Shown here in pieces: positions 19,036 to 27,795 of a DNA stretch of 64,000 bases; position 1 is the stretch's first letter, and each line of letters opens with the position of its first letter. The notes under the pieces were generated by a model that saw only the letters and a program-made list of their open reading frames with translations, was not told the DNA's origin and ran no database searches. The position numbers and the translations under genes are program-made. Origin of the DNA: Bdellovibrio sp. (GTDB taxonomy: Bacteria > Bdellovibrionota > Bdellovibrionia > Bdellovibrionales > Bdellovibrionaceae); assembly GCA_046318155.1 (NCBI GenBank), contig JBKCUU010000011.1:1-64000 (forward strand). Reading direction: 5' to 3'.

Positions 19036-21284
19036 CGAGAGGACTCCCAGGTGCTGAGTAAGATAAGAACCGAGCTGATCGGCATCAAGATCGCGGCCGT
19101 GAGCGGCGTTACAAAGCCAAGCAGAGCAGCAGCTCCTGCTCCCACATTGTAAGCCAATGCAAAACTTAAGTTTCGACGCACTAATTTTTGAGTTTGCTTT
19201 CCGATTTGAACGAGTTTTAGAAGTGGCTCAAGGCCAGGTTCCATGAGGTACACCGATGCCGTTTTTAGTCCCCGCTCAATTGCACCTTTCATGCAGACAC
19301 CAACTTCTGCCGCTGCCATGGCTGAGCTGTCATTCACACCATCGCCAATCATGATGCAAGGGGAGTGAGCTTGGACATCGGCCACCTTGTCGCTCGGACT
19401 GCGGTCACCTTTGCCCGCGACGCCGGTCAGCTCTAATTTTTTGAGTAAGTTTTGGACCCGTTCCTGATGATCTCCCGAGGAGACGAAAATTTTGAATTGA
19501 GAAGCCAGTGCTCGAAGTGTGCGGGGGGCTTCAGTGCGGATCCGGTCTTCAAAAGTAAACTCAGCAAGTGCGATCATATCTTGCTCAAGGACAACCTTAA
19601 TTCCCTCTGTGCTCGCACCTTGAGATTTTTTAAGCGAATAAAGTCGGCCTTCAAAAATTCCAAAGACCTTCTCACCAATGTGCTCGTGAACATCTCGCAG
19701 TTGGGCGGCATATTCGCTGACGCCCGCCATGGATGAGCGAAAAGCTTGTGCAACGGGGTGAACTGAATTTTTTTCGAGTCCCAGAATGACCTGTTGGATC
19801 CACAGAGGGAGGACCGAGGGGACTTGTGAAACCAATTGCAGGTGTCCCTCTGTGAGAGTCCCGGTTTTATCAAAAACTAAGCTTTTGCATTTGACCAAGC
19901 GGTCGAGGGTAGCTGCATCCTTGACGAGAATTCCGTGGCGGGCACATTTTCGAATGGCGGCGGCATAGGCAAGAGGACCACCAAAGGCAAGCGCGCAAGG
20001 ACAGGCGACAATTAAAAGACTCAGGGCCCGCTCGAAAGCCTGCGGGTAAGAGAGTTTAAAAAAAGTGGGACCTGTCAGGACTAACGCAATCGCCGTGAGG
20101 CAAACGGCGGCCAGCAATCGCTGGCTCACAACATCAAATTGGTTGAGCTTGGGACTTTTTGTCAGCGCCTGACGTTCGGCCTCCTGCTGTTGTTTTGCGA
20201 GCGAACTATCCGCGACACCGCTTCGGGCTTCGATACTGATTTCGGCCGAGAGGTTCCGGTAGCCAGCAAAAAGGAGGGAGCCACCCAAAATTTGCCGGGG
20301 GAGCGATTCGCCCGTCACCCACGAGGTGTCAAAGAGACCCGCCTCGTCCAATAAGACGGCGTCGACCGGTATCCACTGCCCTGGATGAAGTGCAATGCGT
20401 TCGCCTGCCCGCAGTTCTGAAAAGCGTTTTGTCCAGGGGAGCTCAAGCAAAGGACTCTCGAGCCATTGTCTTTGCGATTTTTTAAGAAACCAGCGTGAAA
20501 TAAGAATGAGAAAGAGAAAACCTGCCGAGGAGTCAAAGTAAATGGACCCCTCACTTCGAATCAAGTTGGCATAGGAGGCGATGGATCCTGCCCAGAATGC
20601 GATCGCGAGCGGAACGTCGACATTAAAGGAGCGGGCTTTGATTCCTGTCCACGCACTTTTGTAGATCGGAACAGCCGCATAAAACAAAGCGGGCAAAAAC
20701 AGTAAGCCCGAAATTGTGTGAAAAATGCGGGCAAGCTCAGCGCTCGCCCCGGCATAAATCCCGATCGTCAATAGCATAATGTTTCCAGCCACGGCACCTG
20801 CAACACCCAATCTTTTGAGTTGATTGCGGTCATCCTGTGTTTGACGTTCGGTCAGGTCTTTTCGTGAGCGTAAAGGGTGGGCCTCGTAACCCATGCGACG
20901 GATCCAGGTTAAAACTTGGGCCAGAGAAAGATCGTTCCTTGTGCTTAACAGAAGATGCGAGGACGCAAAGTTAAGGCGCGCGGCCAAAATTTCTGGAAAG
21001 TATTCAGGCATTGATTCCAAAAGGTGAACACAAGAGGAGCATTGCAATCCCTCGACAAAGAATTCGTACACCGCATGATTCGAAACTTGAGACTGGTTGA
21101 AGCTGGTCGAGAGCGCGGCGCCGTCATAGTTCAAGTACTCAGGCAGGATCGCCAGGTTTCTGGCCTGCTCCGTCCAGCCGGTGTCATGCAAGAGCCGGCA
21201 AGCCTCGCAACAAAAAGGTCCTTGGACCAAGGTGCTCGAATGGCAATGGAGACAGGTTGTCGGCTCTAAAGTTGAAATGGGCAT
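19032..21284 (-). CDS. ccoI: Cu-translocating P1B-type ATPase of the cco cluster
   Basis: CLHC...FCCEAC, CSSC HMA, TGES, CPC, DKTGT, GDGVND. Confidence 0.92.
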   Translation of the reverse strand: MPISTLEPTTCLHCHSSTLVQGPFCCEACRLLHDTGWTEQARNLAILPEYLNYDGAALSTSFNQSQVSNHAVYEFFVEGLQCSSCVHLLESMPEYFPEILAARLNFASSHLLLSTRNDLSLAQVLTWIRRMGYEAHPLRSRKDLTERQTQDDRNQLKRLGVAGAVAGNIMLLTIGIYAGASAELARIFHTISGLLFLPALFYAAVPIYKSAWTGIKARSFNVDVPLAIAFWAGSIASYANLIRSEGSIYFDSSAGFLFLILISRWFLKKSQRQWLESPLLELPWTKRFSELRAGERIALHPGQWIPVDAVLLDEAGLFDTSWVTGESLPRQILGGSLLFAGYRNLSAEISIEARSGVADSSLAKQQQEAERQALTKSPKLNQFDVVSQRLLAAVCLTAIALVLTGPTFFKLSYPQAFERALSLLIVACPCALAFGGPLAYAAAIRKCARHGILVKDAATLDRLVKCKSLVFDKTGTLTEGHLQLVSQVPSVLPLWIQQVILGLEKNSVHPVAQAFRSSMAGVSEYAAQLRDVHEHIGEKVFGIFEGRLYSLKKSQGASTEGIKVVLEQDMIALAEFTFEDRIRTEAPRTLRALASQFKIFVSSGDHQERVQNLLKKLELTGVAGKGDRSPSDKVADVQAHSPCIMIGDGVNDSSAMAAAEVGVCMKGAIERGLKTASVYLMEPGLEPLLKLVQIGKQTQKLVRRNLSFALAYNVGAGAAALLGFVTPLTAAILMPISSVLILLSTWESSR

Positions 21285-21312
21285 AGCCCACTATCGAACG
21301 CTCAGTCGTTTT

Positions 21313-21336
21313 GGAACATGATGGCCATCATGTTCC
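21313..21336. promoter_or_regulatory. Perfect 24-bp palindrome with FNR/CRP-like core upstream of ccoI
   Basis: GGAACATGATGGCCATCATGTTCC; core TGAT-N4-ATCA; centre about 40.5 bp upstream of the ccoI ATG. Confidence 0.65.
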
Positions 21337-22023
21337 GTGTGCTTTTTTAAGGATGCGTTCCCGGTCCAGGATCTTATAATGGCGACCTTTTGCTTCGATC
21401 CATTGGTCTTTCTCAAATTGGGCCAGTGTTCGCATGACAGTCTCGGGGGTGGTGCCAGCCCATTCGCTAATTTCGCGCCGGGTCCAGACCTGATCTTTAA
21501 AATGATCGGCTAAAAACAAAACCGCTTCGGCCACCCGGGACCCTGCATCTTTATCAACTTGTGCAACCCATTTTTCTTCAGCCGTGCGTAAATCATCAGA
21601 CAGGCGACGGAGCAAATTGACGGCAACCTCAGGTGTTTTTTCAACCAGGCTGAGAAGAGTGTTCTTAGGTAAAAAGCAAAGACGTGAATCTTCAACGGCG
21701 ATTGCGGTTGCTTGATAGGATTCTTTGGCAAAGAGGGAGCGATAGCCGAGGGCTTGTCCTGGTCCCATGAGCCGCAAGGTGTGAGCGGAGCCATCATTTG
21801 AGAGAACTTCAAGTTTCACAAGTCCCGACTGAACGGTGTACAGACCCAAAGGTTCGTTGCCAGTATAAAATATCGTCTGTCCAGCCTTGAAATTGGATGT
21901 CGTGCGTGCCTGTTTGACTGTCTCAAAGGCTCCCTCAACCGAGCAAAGAGGATTGTCTTGCCGACTTTGGCAGGAGTCGCAAATTTGTGGCTGGGGCCTG
22001 CAATTTTCTTTGGCGTTAGTCAT
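21328..22023 (-). CDS. Crp/Fnr-family regulator with N-terminal Cys cluster
   Basis: C..ICDSC..LC cluster, cNMP-binding fold, TPETVMR HTH; start moved to ATG 22023. Confidence 0.88.
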   Translation of the reverse strand: MTNAKENCRPQPQICDSCQSRQDNPLCSVEGAFETVKQARTTSNFKAGQTIFYTGNEPLGLYTVQSGLVKLEVLSNDGSAHTLRLMGPGQALGYRSLFAKESYQATAIAVEDSRLCFLPKNTLLSLVEKTPEVAVNLLRRLSDDLRTAEEKWVAQVDKDAGSRVAEAVLFLADHFKDQVWTRREISEWAGTTPETVMRTLAQFEKDQWIEAKGRHYKILDRERILKKAHGT

Positions 22024-22130
22024 CGACAAGAGTTTACAGGATCCTGGGGTTGGTTTCAATGAAGACTCGTTTGGCTTGAGGCAAAAAAGGACCAAGAAAA
22101 TGGGCTCTTGAAGTTTGCGCCCTCTTTTGC

Positions 22131-22679
22131 CTAGCCTCTTTGTCTTTGTATGCTGACAAATTTGAGTCTATAAACAGCTTCAGTTGCGACGTAACCTCCG
22201 ACAAGCGCACCCAAAAGCCATAAGCTCGCGAACGTTATCGCGAGTTCTGCACCAAAGAAACCAAAGAGCGAGAGCGAGACTGTGCCCAAGGCCAGAGTCT
22301 GGAGAAACTCAGTTCGTTTCAAGGCTCGAACCTCTTCGATCGAAAGAAAGTATCCGGCGGTCAAAAGGCTGACACTTAAAAACAAAACCCCACAGATAAT
22401 CATGCAAGTACTGTGGCCCCACATCGCCATCATCCAGCTATCAAGCGAACTTTCAGTGCCAAACGGGTTCATGCCAAATTGATGACAGACACTTAAGGAA
22501 AGAAAGCCAACAGCTAAGTGAACACCAAGAATTTTAAAGAAGACCGTCCAAGCGCTCGGCCTTACAAGTTCACGCATTCGAGTAAAAACTTTGTCTGTAA
22601 TCTCACGAGGCACGGAAGTGTCTTCAGATTTCAAAAAGGCTTCGTACTCACTCAGCCAGTTCTTTTCAGGGCTTTTCAT
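22131..22679 (-). CDS. Putative membrane anti-sigma factor rich in Cys/His/Met
   Basis: 4-nt overlap with ECF sigma; about 4 TM helices; VCHQFGM and MMAMWGHSTCMIICG segments. Confidence 0.6.
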   Translation of the reverse strand: MKSPEKNWLSEYEAFLKSEDTSVPREITDKVFTRMRELVRPSAWTVFFKILGVHLAVGFLSLSVCHQFGMNPFGTESSLDSWMMAMWGHSTCMIICGVLFLSVSLLTAGYFLSIEEVRALKRTEFLQTLALGTVSLSLFGFFGAELAITFASLWLLGALVGGYVATEAVYRLKFVSIQRQRG

Positions 22680-23215
22680 GTTTTGCTTCCTCCATTCACA
22701 AGCCGCTTTAAGTTTTTTACCCCTCGGCTGATCATTTGCCGAGCGTTGGTCGGCGACGTCCTTAACGTTCTCGCGATCTCCTCAAATGTTTTTTCATCCA
22801 CAAATCGCATCTGAAGCGCCAGATTCTGATTCTCGGGCAAGCCCTGAATCAGTGGAGTGACGGACGCAAGTTGGCTACTTTCTTGGTCTTCGTTGACGGG
22901 AAGCTGATCGAAATCAAAGCCAAAAACCTCTTTCTTGCGCTCGGTCTTTCTTTTTCCATCGACAAGAACGGAGTGCGTAACCGAGAAAATCCAAGGCAAT
23001 GCAGGCAAAGAGGGGTTGTAAAGGTGCTTTGATTTATGAATTTTAACAAAGACCTCCTGAAGTAAATCCGTCGCTTCTTCGGCCGATGCTGATCGGAATC
23101 TCAAATATCCAAACACCTTCCCAGAGTGCCGAACATAGAGAGCATTGAAAGCGTCTTCAGAGCCCTCTTGGTAAAGGGCCATTAACTCTTCATCGGTTTT
23201 GCGACTCTTCAGCAA
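22676..23215 (-). CDS. ECF-family RNA polymerase sigma factor
   Basis: DEELM...AFNALY, DLLQEVF region 2, TFEEIA region 4; TTG start at 23215 behind an AAGGAG RBS. Confidence 0.9.
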   Translation of the reverse strand: MLKSRKTDEELMALYQEGSEDAFNALYVRHSGKVFGYLRFRSASAEEATDLLQEVFVKIHKSKHLYNPSLPALPWIFSVTHSVLVDGKRKTERKKEVFGFDFDQLPVNEDQESSQLASVTPLIQGLPENQNLALQMRFVDEKTFEEIARTLRTSPTNARQMISRGVKNLKRLVNGGSKT

Positions 23216-23236
23216 ATCAGCTCCTTTGCTTTCTTC

Positions 23237-23263
23237 TACGCTTGTCGTTGACGAGTTGTGACA
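23237..23263 (-). promoter_or_regulatory. ECF promoter TGTCACA-N16-CGTA driving sigma/anti-sigma
   Basis: Minus strand TGTCACA actcgtcaacgacaag CGTA just upstream of the RBS. Confidence 0.75.
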
Positions 23264-23327
23264 GGCGCCCTCAAAATAGTTAACTTTGTTACTATTTTCA
23301 ATGACTTGCGCGGTCACTCTTTTTTTG

Positions 23328-23354
23328 TGTCACAAATCTCATGCTTGGTTCGTA
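23328..23354 (+). promoter_or_regulatory. ECF promoter TGTCACA-N16-CGTA driving the metal-handling operon
   Basis: Plus strand TGTCACA aatctcatgcttggtt CGTA, 21 bp before ATG 23376. Confidence 0.75.
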
Positions 23355-23375
23355 AAGGAGTAGACGGGAGATGTC

Positions 23376-24011
23376 ATGATACGAAGAAAACTATCCTTAG
23401 GGTTGTCCATTTTGCTCACCGGCATGACGTCGTTTGCCCATCCCGTAGCCTATCAAGGGGCCACCGGGGTGATGTCATGGAATCAACCGTTCATGTCGGA
23501 CCACTGGATGACCTACAGCTTTAGACCAGATATGGCCATCGCTGGCAGGTTCGTGCGTATGGAAATGCCCGAGGGAAGACTCAGTTACTCAGGATTGCAG
23601 TACGACTATCTCGTCAAACGCTGGAACGGTGACGACCACCAAGCAAATATCTATGTTTATGGCGGCGCCGGAAACGTGGACTTCAACAGTCAGAACGAAG
23701 TCGGATACTTTGGAGGATTTGAAGCGGATGCCGAGAACCGAAAGTACTTCTCACTCATCAAGGCCGAATCCATGCAGACGAATATTGCCGACGACTTCAA
23801 TCACTTGGAGGCCCGTCTTGGCATTGCGCCTTACGAGGCTGAGTACACAGAGCTTGCGACGTGGTTCATGGTTCAAGCCCAATGGCATCCCACATTGCAA
23901 CAAGAGTTCGTCTTCACGCCGCTGGCGCGCATTTTCTTTAAGAGCTTTTTGATGGAGACGGGAGTTAGTCTCGATGGCGATTGGATGATGAACTATATGT
24001 TTCACTTTTAA
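23376..24011 (+). CDS. Met-rich putative outer-membrane protein in metal locus
   Basis: Signal peptide with mature N-terminal His-Pro; beta-strand pattern; C-terminus MMNYMFHF. Confidence 0.65.
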   Translation: MIRRKLSLGLSILLTGMTSFAHPVAYQGATGVMSWNQPFMSDHWMTYSFRPDMAIAGRFVRMEMPEGRLSYSGLQYDYLVKRWNGDDHQANIYVYGGAGNVDFNSQNEVGYFGGFEADAENRKYFSLIKAESMQTNIADDFNHLEARLGIAPYEAEYTELATWFMVQAQWHPTLQQEFVFTPLARIFFKSFLMETGVSLDGDWMMNYMFHF

Positions 24012-24022
24012 CTGGAGGAATT

Positions 24023-24304
24023 TTGAGAAAACTAATTTTAATGGCGGCCTTTCTTTCGCTTCCAATATTGGCTCAGGCAAAATCGATCTCTATTCAAGTC
24101 AGGGGAATGGTCTGTGGCTTCTGCGCCCAAGGAATCGAGAAGAAATTCAATGCACTTCCCGAGACGGCTTCAATCAGTGTAAGCCTTAAGACAAAGATGG
24201 TCGATCTCGAAACGAAGGAAGGAACAGACATCAGTGATGATCAAATTAAAAAGATCGTGACCGAGTCTGGCTACGAAGTGGTGAAGATCGAGAGAGAAAA
24301 GTGA
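24023..24304 (+). CDS. Periplasmic heavy-metal-associated (MerP/CopZ-like) protein
   Basis: GGAGG RBS with TTG start; signal peptide; GMVCGFC motif; GY loop. Confidence 0.85.
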   Translation: MRKLILMAAFLSLPILAQAKSISIQVRGMVCGFCAQGIEKKFNALPETASISVSLKTKMVDLETKEGTDISDDQIKKIVTESGYEVVKIEREK

Positions 24305-24666
24305 ACCGCGTAGCGAACTTTCTCACGCTGTTTACGTCAGTCAGCACGCTGGTCTGTTGCGCGCTACCTGCGCTTCTTGTGAGCTTAGGTCTTGGCGCCG
24401 TGATGGCGGGACTTGCCAGTCAAGTTCCTGGCTTGATTTGGCTGTCAGAAAATAAAACAGGTGTTTTTCTTTTTGCAGGGGCAATGCTGTTAGGAAACGG
24501 CATTTGGCTTTGGAGAAGTCGCAATGCGCCTTGTCCGATTGACCCGGCCCTTCGAGATGCGTGCCGAACAGGCCGTCGAACAAGCCAGGTTGTCTACTTT
24601 GCGAGCCTCGGCGTTTCTCTTGTGGGCTCTTTTTTTGCTTATGCCGCACCGACAGTTTTAAGCTGA
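24301..24666 (+). CDS. MerT/MerF-like inner-membrane metal transporter
   Basis: 3 TM helices, vicinal CC in TM1 (LVCCALP), loop CPIDP...AC. Confidence 0.75.
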   Translation: MNRVANFLTLFTSVSTLVCCALPALLVSLGLGAVMAGLASQVPGLIWLSENKTGVFLFAGAMLLGNGIWLWRSRNAPCPIDPALRDACRTGRRTSQVVYFASLGVSLVGSFFAYAAPTVLS

Positions 24667-24759
24667 GCAAAGGGTCGTGGTGTCCTTGGAATGTTCGCTG
24701 CCGCGACCAGTGTTCAAGGACAGTCGCTACTCGACTGTCCTCCTTGAGGCAAAGTCGTT

Positions 24760-25209
24760 TTATTCTGCGTCGACGTCAACAGTTTCGTAGTACGCTGATT
24801 TCTTGTCTCTGGCGATAACAACAAAAAGAGCTGCGACGCCATCTCCGCTGTATTGTGAGTACCCAATTTGTGCCACAAACAGTTGGCCTGCATTTTGGTC
24901 GGCAAAGCTCTTCAAGTCTTGCTTCTGAGCTGCATCCAATTTTGCATTGCCGTTAAGGTCTTCACGTTCCGCCAATTGATCAAGTTCTATGATATCGACA
25001 AATTCAGCTTCAGACGTGCTGATCTTTTCAAAGCCGTCTCTGTAGTAGGAGGCCCGAATTCCACGCAAAACTGCATCTGCTGCTTCTGCGAAAGTTGTTC
25101 GGCTGGTGACTCCAGACAAAGTCACTTGCCCAAGATCGGCCCGTGCTTTGACTTCGGCCTGAGCAGATGTCGCAACCACTAACAACAAAACACACATCAA
25201 CTTTTTCAT
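24760..25209 (-). CDS. Exported hypothetical protein
   Basis: MKKL signal peptide ending AQA; GGAG RBS. Confidence 0.65.
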   Translation of the reverse strand: MKKLMCVLLLVVATSAQAEVKARADLGQVTLSGVTSRTTFAEAADAVLRGIRASYYRDGFEKISTSEAEFVDIIELDQLAEREDLNGNAKLDAAQKQDLKSFADQNAGQLFVAQIGYSQYSGDGVAALFVVIARDKKSAYYETVDVDAE

Positions 25210-25472
25210 CTAATTCTCCCTTTTTTGTGTCGAGACCAGCTATAATCCAGTCAGGCGAAAAACAAAATCATGTTCTGCACAATTTTTTATTCACAAACCG
25301 TATGGTAAAAAATTTACAGCCTATTGGCAGCGCCTCATGGGGTTGGGTTCTGAAGCTTTAACCTTTTGTACTTTTCAGGTTCTTGAAATATTCAAAAAAA
25401 CAAGTTCCTGACAGGTAAATTTGTTTTTTTTGTGTCTAGAGTATTGCAATCGTTTAAACGAAAGGAACTCTT

Positions 25473-25895
25473 ATGAAAAAGATGATTGTAGCACTTAGTT
25501 TTCTTCCTCTGTTTGCAATGGCAGCCACCGATAAAGAAATTCTTGAAGGTCAAGAGACGACGCCGCTTAAGATTCTTTGCAAGATTGAAGGCGGGGCGCC
25601 AGATCGGTCTCCGAATGCGGGCCTTTTAGTCCAGTTTGTCAAAGACAACCAAGCAGAGCCCGGAGTTTACTCAGTAGTTGGCGGAAGGTTTTTTCCGGGA
25701 AACAAAATCGTCAAGACGACCTATGAATTGATCGGTGAGAGTTTCTCAAAAGTTGGCCATCTCGACAATGGTGGAAAAGTCGTTATTCAATTTTCTGTCG
25801 ATGGCACTGATCTTGTGGGCTCGATCGACAAAACAGCGGCTCTTTTTGGTGACGGTGCACTTCTTTACAACTGCGTTCACCTGAAACTCAAGTAG
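25473..25895 (+). CDS. Exported hypothetical protein
   Basis: AAGGA RBS; signal peptide ending AMA; two Cys. Confidence 0.65.
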   Translation: MKKMIVALSFLPLFAMAATDKEILEGQETTPLKILCKIEGGAPDRSPNAGLLVQFVKDNQAEPGVYSVVGGRFFPGNKIVKTTYELIGESFSKVGHLDNGGKVVIQFSVDGTDLVGSIDKTAALFGDGALLYNCVHLKLK

Positions 25896-25930
25896 GCAAA
25901 ACCACTTGATTCAAAGGCTCTAAAATGCTG

Positions 25931-25963
25931 AAAAGCCGCGACCAGAGAAGTCGCGGCTTTTTT
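25931..25963. terminator. Bidirectional intrinsic terminator
   Basis: AAAAGCCGCGAC-cagagaa-GTCGCGGCTTTTTT between convergent genes. Confidence 0.85.
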
Positions 25964-26028
25964 CTTGTGGTCAGCTCATTTCTAATTTTTTTCAAGACCC
26001 CGGATGAATGATTTTTTTAGACCCCGCA

Positions 26029-27423
26029 TTAGGGTGAGGGATTCAAGTACAAGGGGCTACTTGCGCTAAACGCACCCGGGGTATCAGGGGTTGCAACAAT
26101 GGCAAGATTTTGATTTGAAGTTGTCCAGTCCAATCCGACAGTAAAAAAACGCATTGCAAACGATTTATTGTAAGTCGAGGTGGTGACCTCGAGAGTTGAG
26201 TCTTTGGCAGTGCTGAACCCTTCTGAGAACCCAGAGGTTGTGGGTGGCATTGTTGCCACAGCTGTTAAGTCCGCATTCATTAGACTAAATGTTGCATCAA
26301 TTCGCGGGATCGAGTACACGGTCGACCCATCTATTGCAGTGAAGAAAAATTCAAACGCCTTTGTTTTTCCGGGGGCGACAAAAAGCTTTTCGTTAAAGAA
26401 GCTCAGTGTTGGATTTGATGGTGCAAAGGCCTTGATATTGATCAATCCAGAAACAGGTTGCAGCTGCGACGTTGGATCTGAAATTGTAAACACCTGGCTT
26501 CCGGAGTCCGTTCCATCGACCCAAGCAGCACCTTTCCCCTGAACAAAAACATCAACGGCGTTTTCACCTGCGGGAATGAGGAAGGAGTCTCCGTTGTTAA
26601 CCAGAGTTGAACACTCTCGATCCCTATAAAAACGAGGTTCTGTCGTCCAAGCTGACGTTTGCGTCAACGTTTGATAGCTAACGACCAATTCTCTCGGCTT
26701 CAAATTGATGACGCCGCCGCCCCCTTCGCCATTCGCAGAATTTGATAAGCGTATGTAATAGATTCCGCAGGTTTGATCTTTGAGATTGAGTTGATAGTCA
26801 CTACCAGTTTGCGTGACAGGTCCGATAAAATTTAAATGTGAAACCGCTTCAGCGCCGTCAAATTTGCAATCCCCGATGCGGCTGTCATTAAGATTAGCGG
26901 CGTTTAGGGTCGCGTTGATGGTTACGGTATCAGATCCGCCCGAGATTTCTTTGGTTGCCTCGCCCAAAACAAAGGGGCTCGAAAGGTTTGAGCTTGGCAG
27001 CTGATCAAAATTTTCGCAGCTAGCAGAGCCCTTTTTAAAGCCAACCAGATAAAAGGTTCTGAGCCCGGTTTTCACATCGACCTGAAGGGCCGAGCCACTG
27101 GCGGCCAGACCTGCTTTTTCTGAAAATTGAAGTGCTCTAAAGGAGCTTGTGCCCGTGCCAACCGTGCAAACACTCGAGTTTGATTCGGCACTTTTAACAA
27201 AAACTCCCCAGCAATCAATTTCCGAAATACTTGAAGGATCTGGCTGCCCCCAATTTTGTCCTTCATTCATGGCCTGTTGTGACATGACAGAGGATCCAGT
27301 CGTCGTCATCGATGGCAGTTGAATCTTGACCGTACTCACTTCTTCAGTCGGCCTGGTGCAACCCATAAGAAGTGCCGCCATTGTGAACAAAGTCAAAAGC
27401 GTCTTTACCTTGTAATTTGCCAT
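26029..27423 (-). CDS. Hypothetical lipoprotein, beta-rich with several Cys
   Basis: Lipobox LMGC; GAGGA RBS before ATG 27423. Confidence 0.7.
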   Translation of the reverse strand: MANYKVKTLLTLFTMAALLMGCTRPTEEVSTVKIQLPSMTTTGSSVMSQQAMNEGQNWGQPDPSSISEIDCWGVFVKSAESNSSVCTVGTGTSSFRALQFSEKAGLAASGSALQVDVKTGLRTFYLVGFKKGSASCENFDQLPSSNLSSPFVLGEATKEISGGSDTVTINATLNAANLNDSRIGDCKFDGAEAVSHLNFIGPVTQTGSDYQLNLKDQTCGIYYIRLSNSANGEGGGGVINLKPRELVVSYQTLTQTSAWTTEPRFYRDRECSTLVNNGDSFLIPAGENAVDVFVQGKGAAWVDGTDSGSQVFTISDPTSQLQPVSGLINIKAFAPSNPTLSFFNEKLFVAPGKTKAFEFFFTAIDGSTVYSIPRIDATFSLMNADLTAVATMPPTTSGFSEGFSTAKDSTLEVTTSTYNKSFAMRFFTVGLDWTTSNQNLAIVATPDTPGAFSASSPLYLNPSP

Positions 27424-27795
27424 CTTGTGGTCCTCATTTCTTGCTAATGAAACTGTATCGGAGCCCAGGACTGCGTTGTTGATCAGGGTCTCAAAAATGA
27501 ACAAAGATTAACTCAAGCTAAATCCAAGCAATCTGTGCAGGTGCAGGACAACTTCCAGATTCAATTTAACAGCCTAAATAAAATTCTCATTATGAGATTT
27601 TCGTAAAATGATTTTTTCTACCTTAGCTGCAATTTTGTTAAGGCTTCCTGGTACCTGCCTGCTGTCGTAGTAGCGGTCTACTTTCTGGCATTGATGATCA
27701 AGGGCTTGCCCCATTTCAAACTCTGAGACTCTTTCAAGATTTTGTACTGAGCGATTCGAAGCTCGTTAAATGTGGCAAGTCGATCACGATGGTGT

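Noticed and set aside
23376..24666. Classical mer mercury-resistance operon
   Set aside because: No merR, merA or merD and no transposon context in the window.
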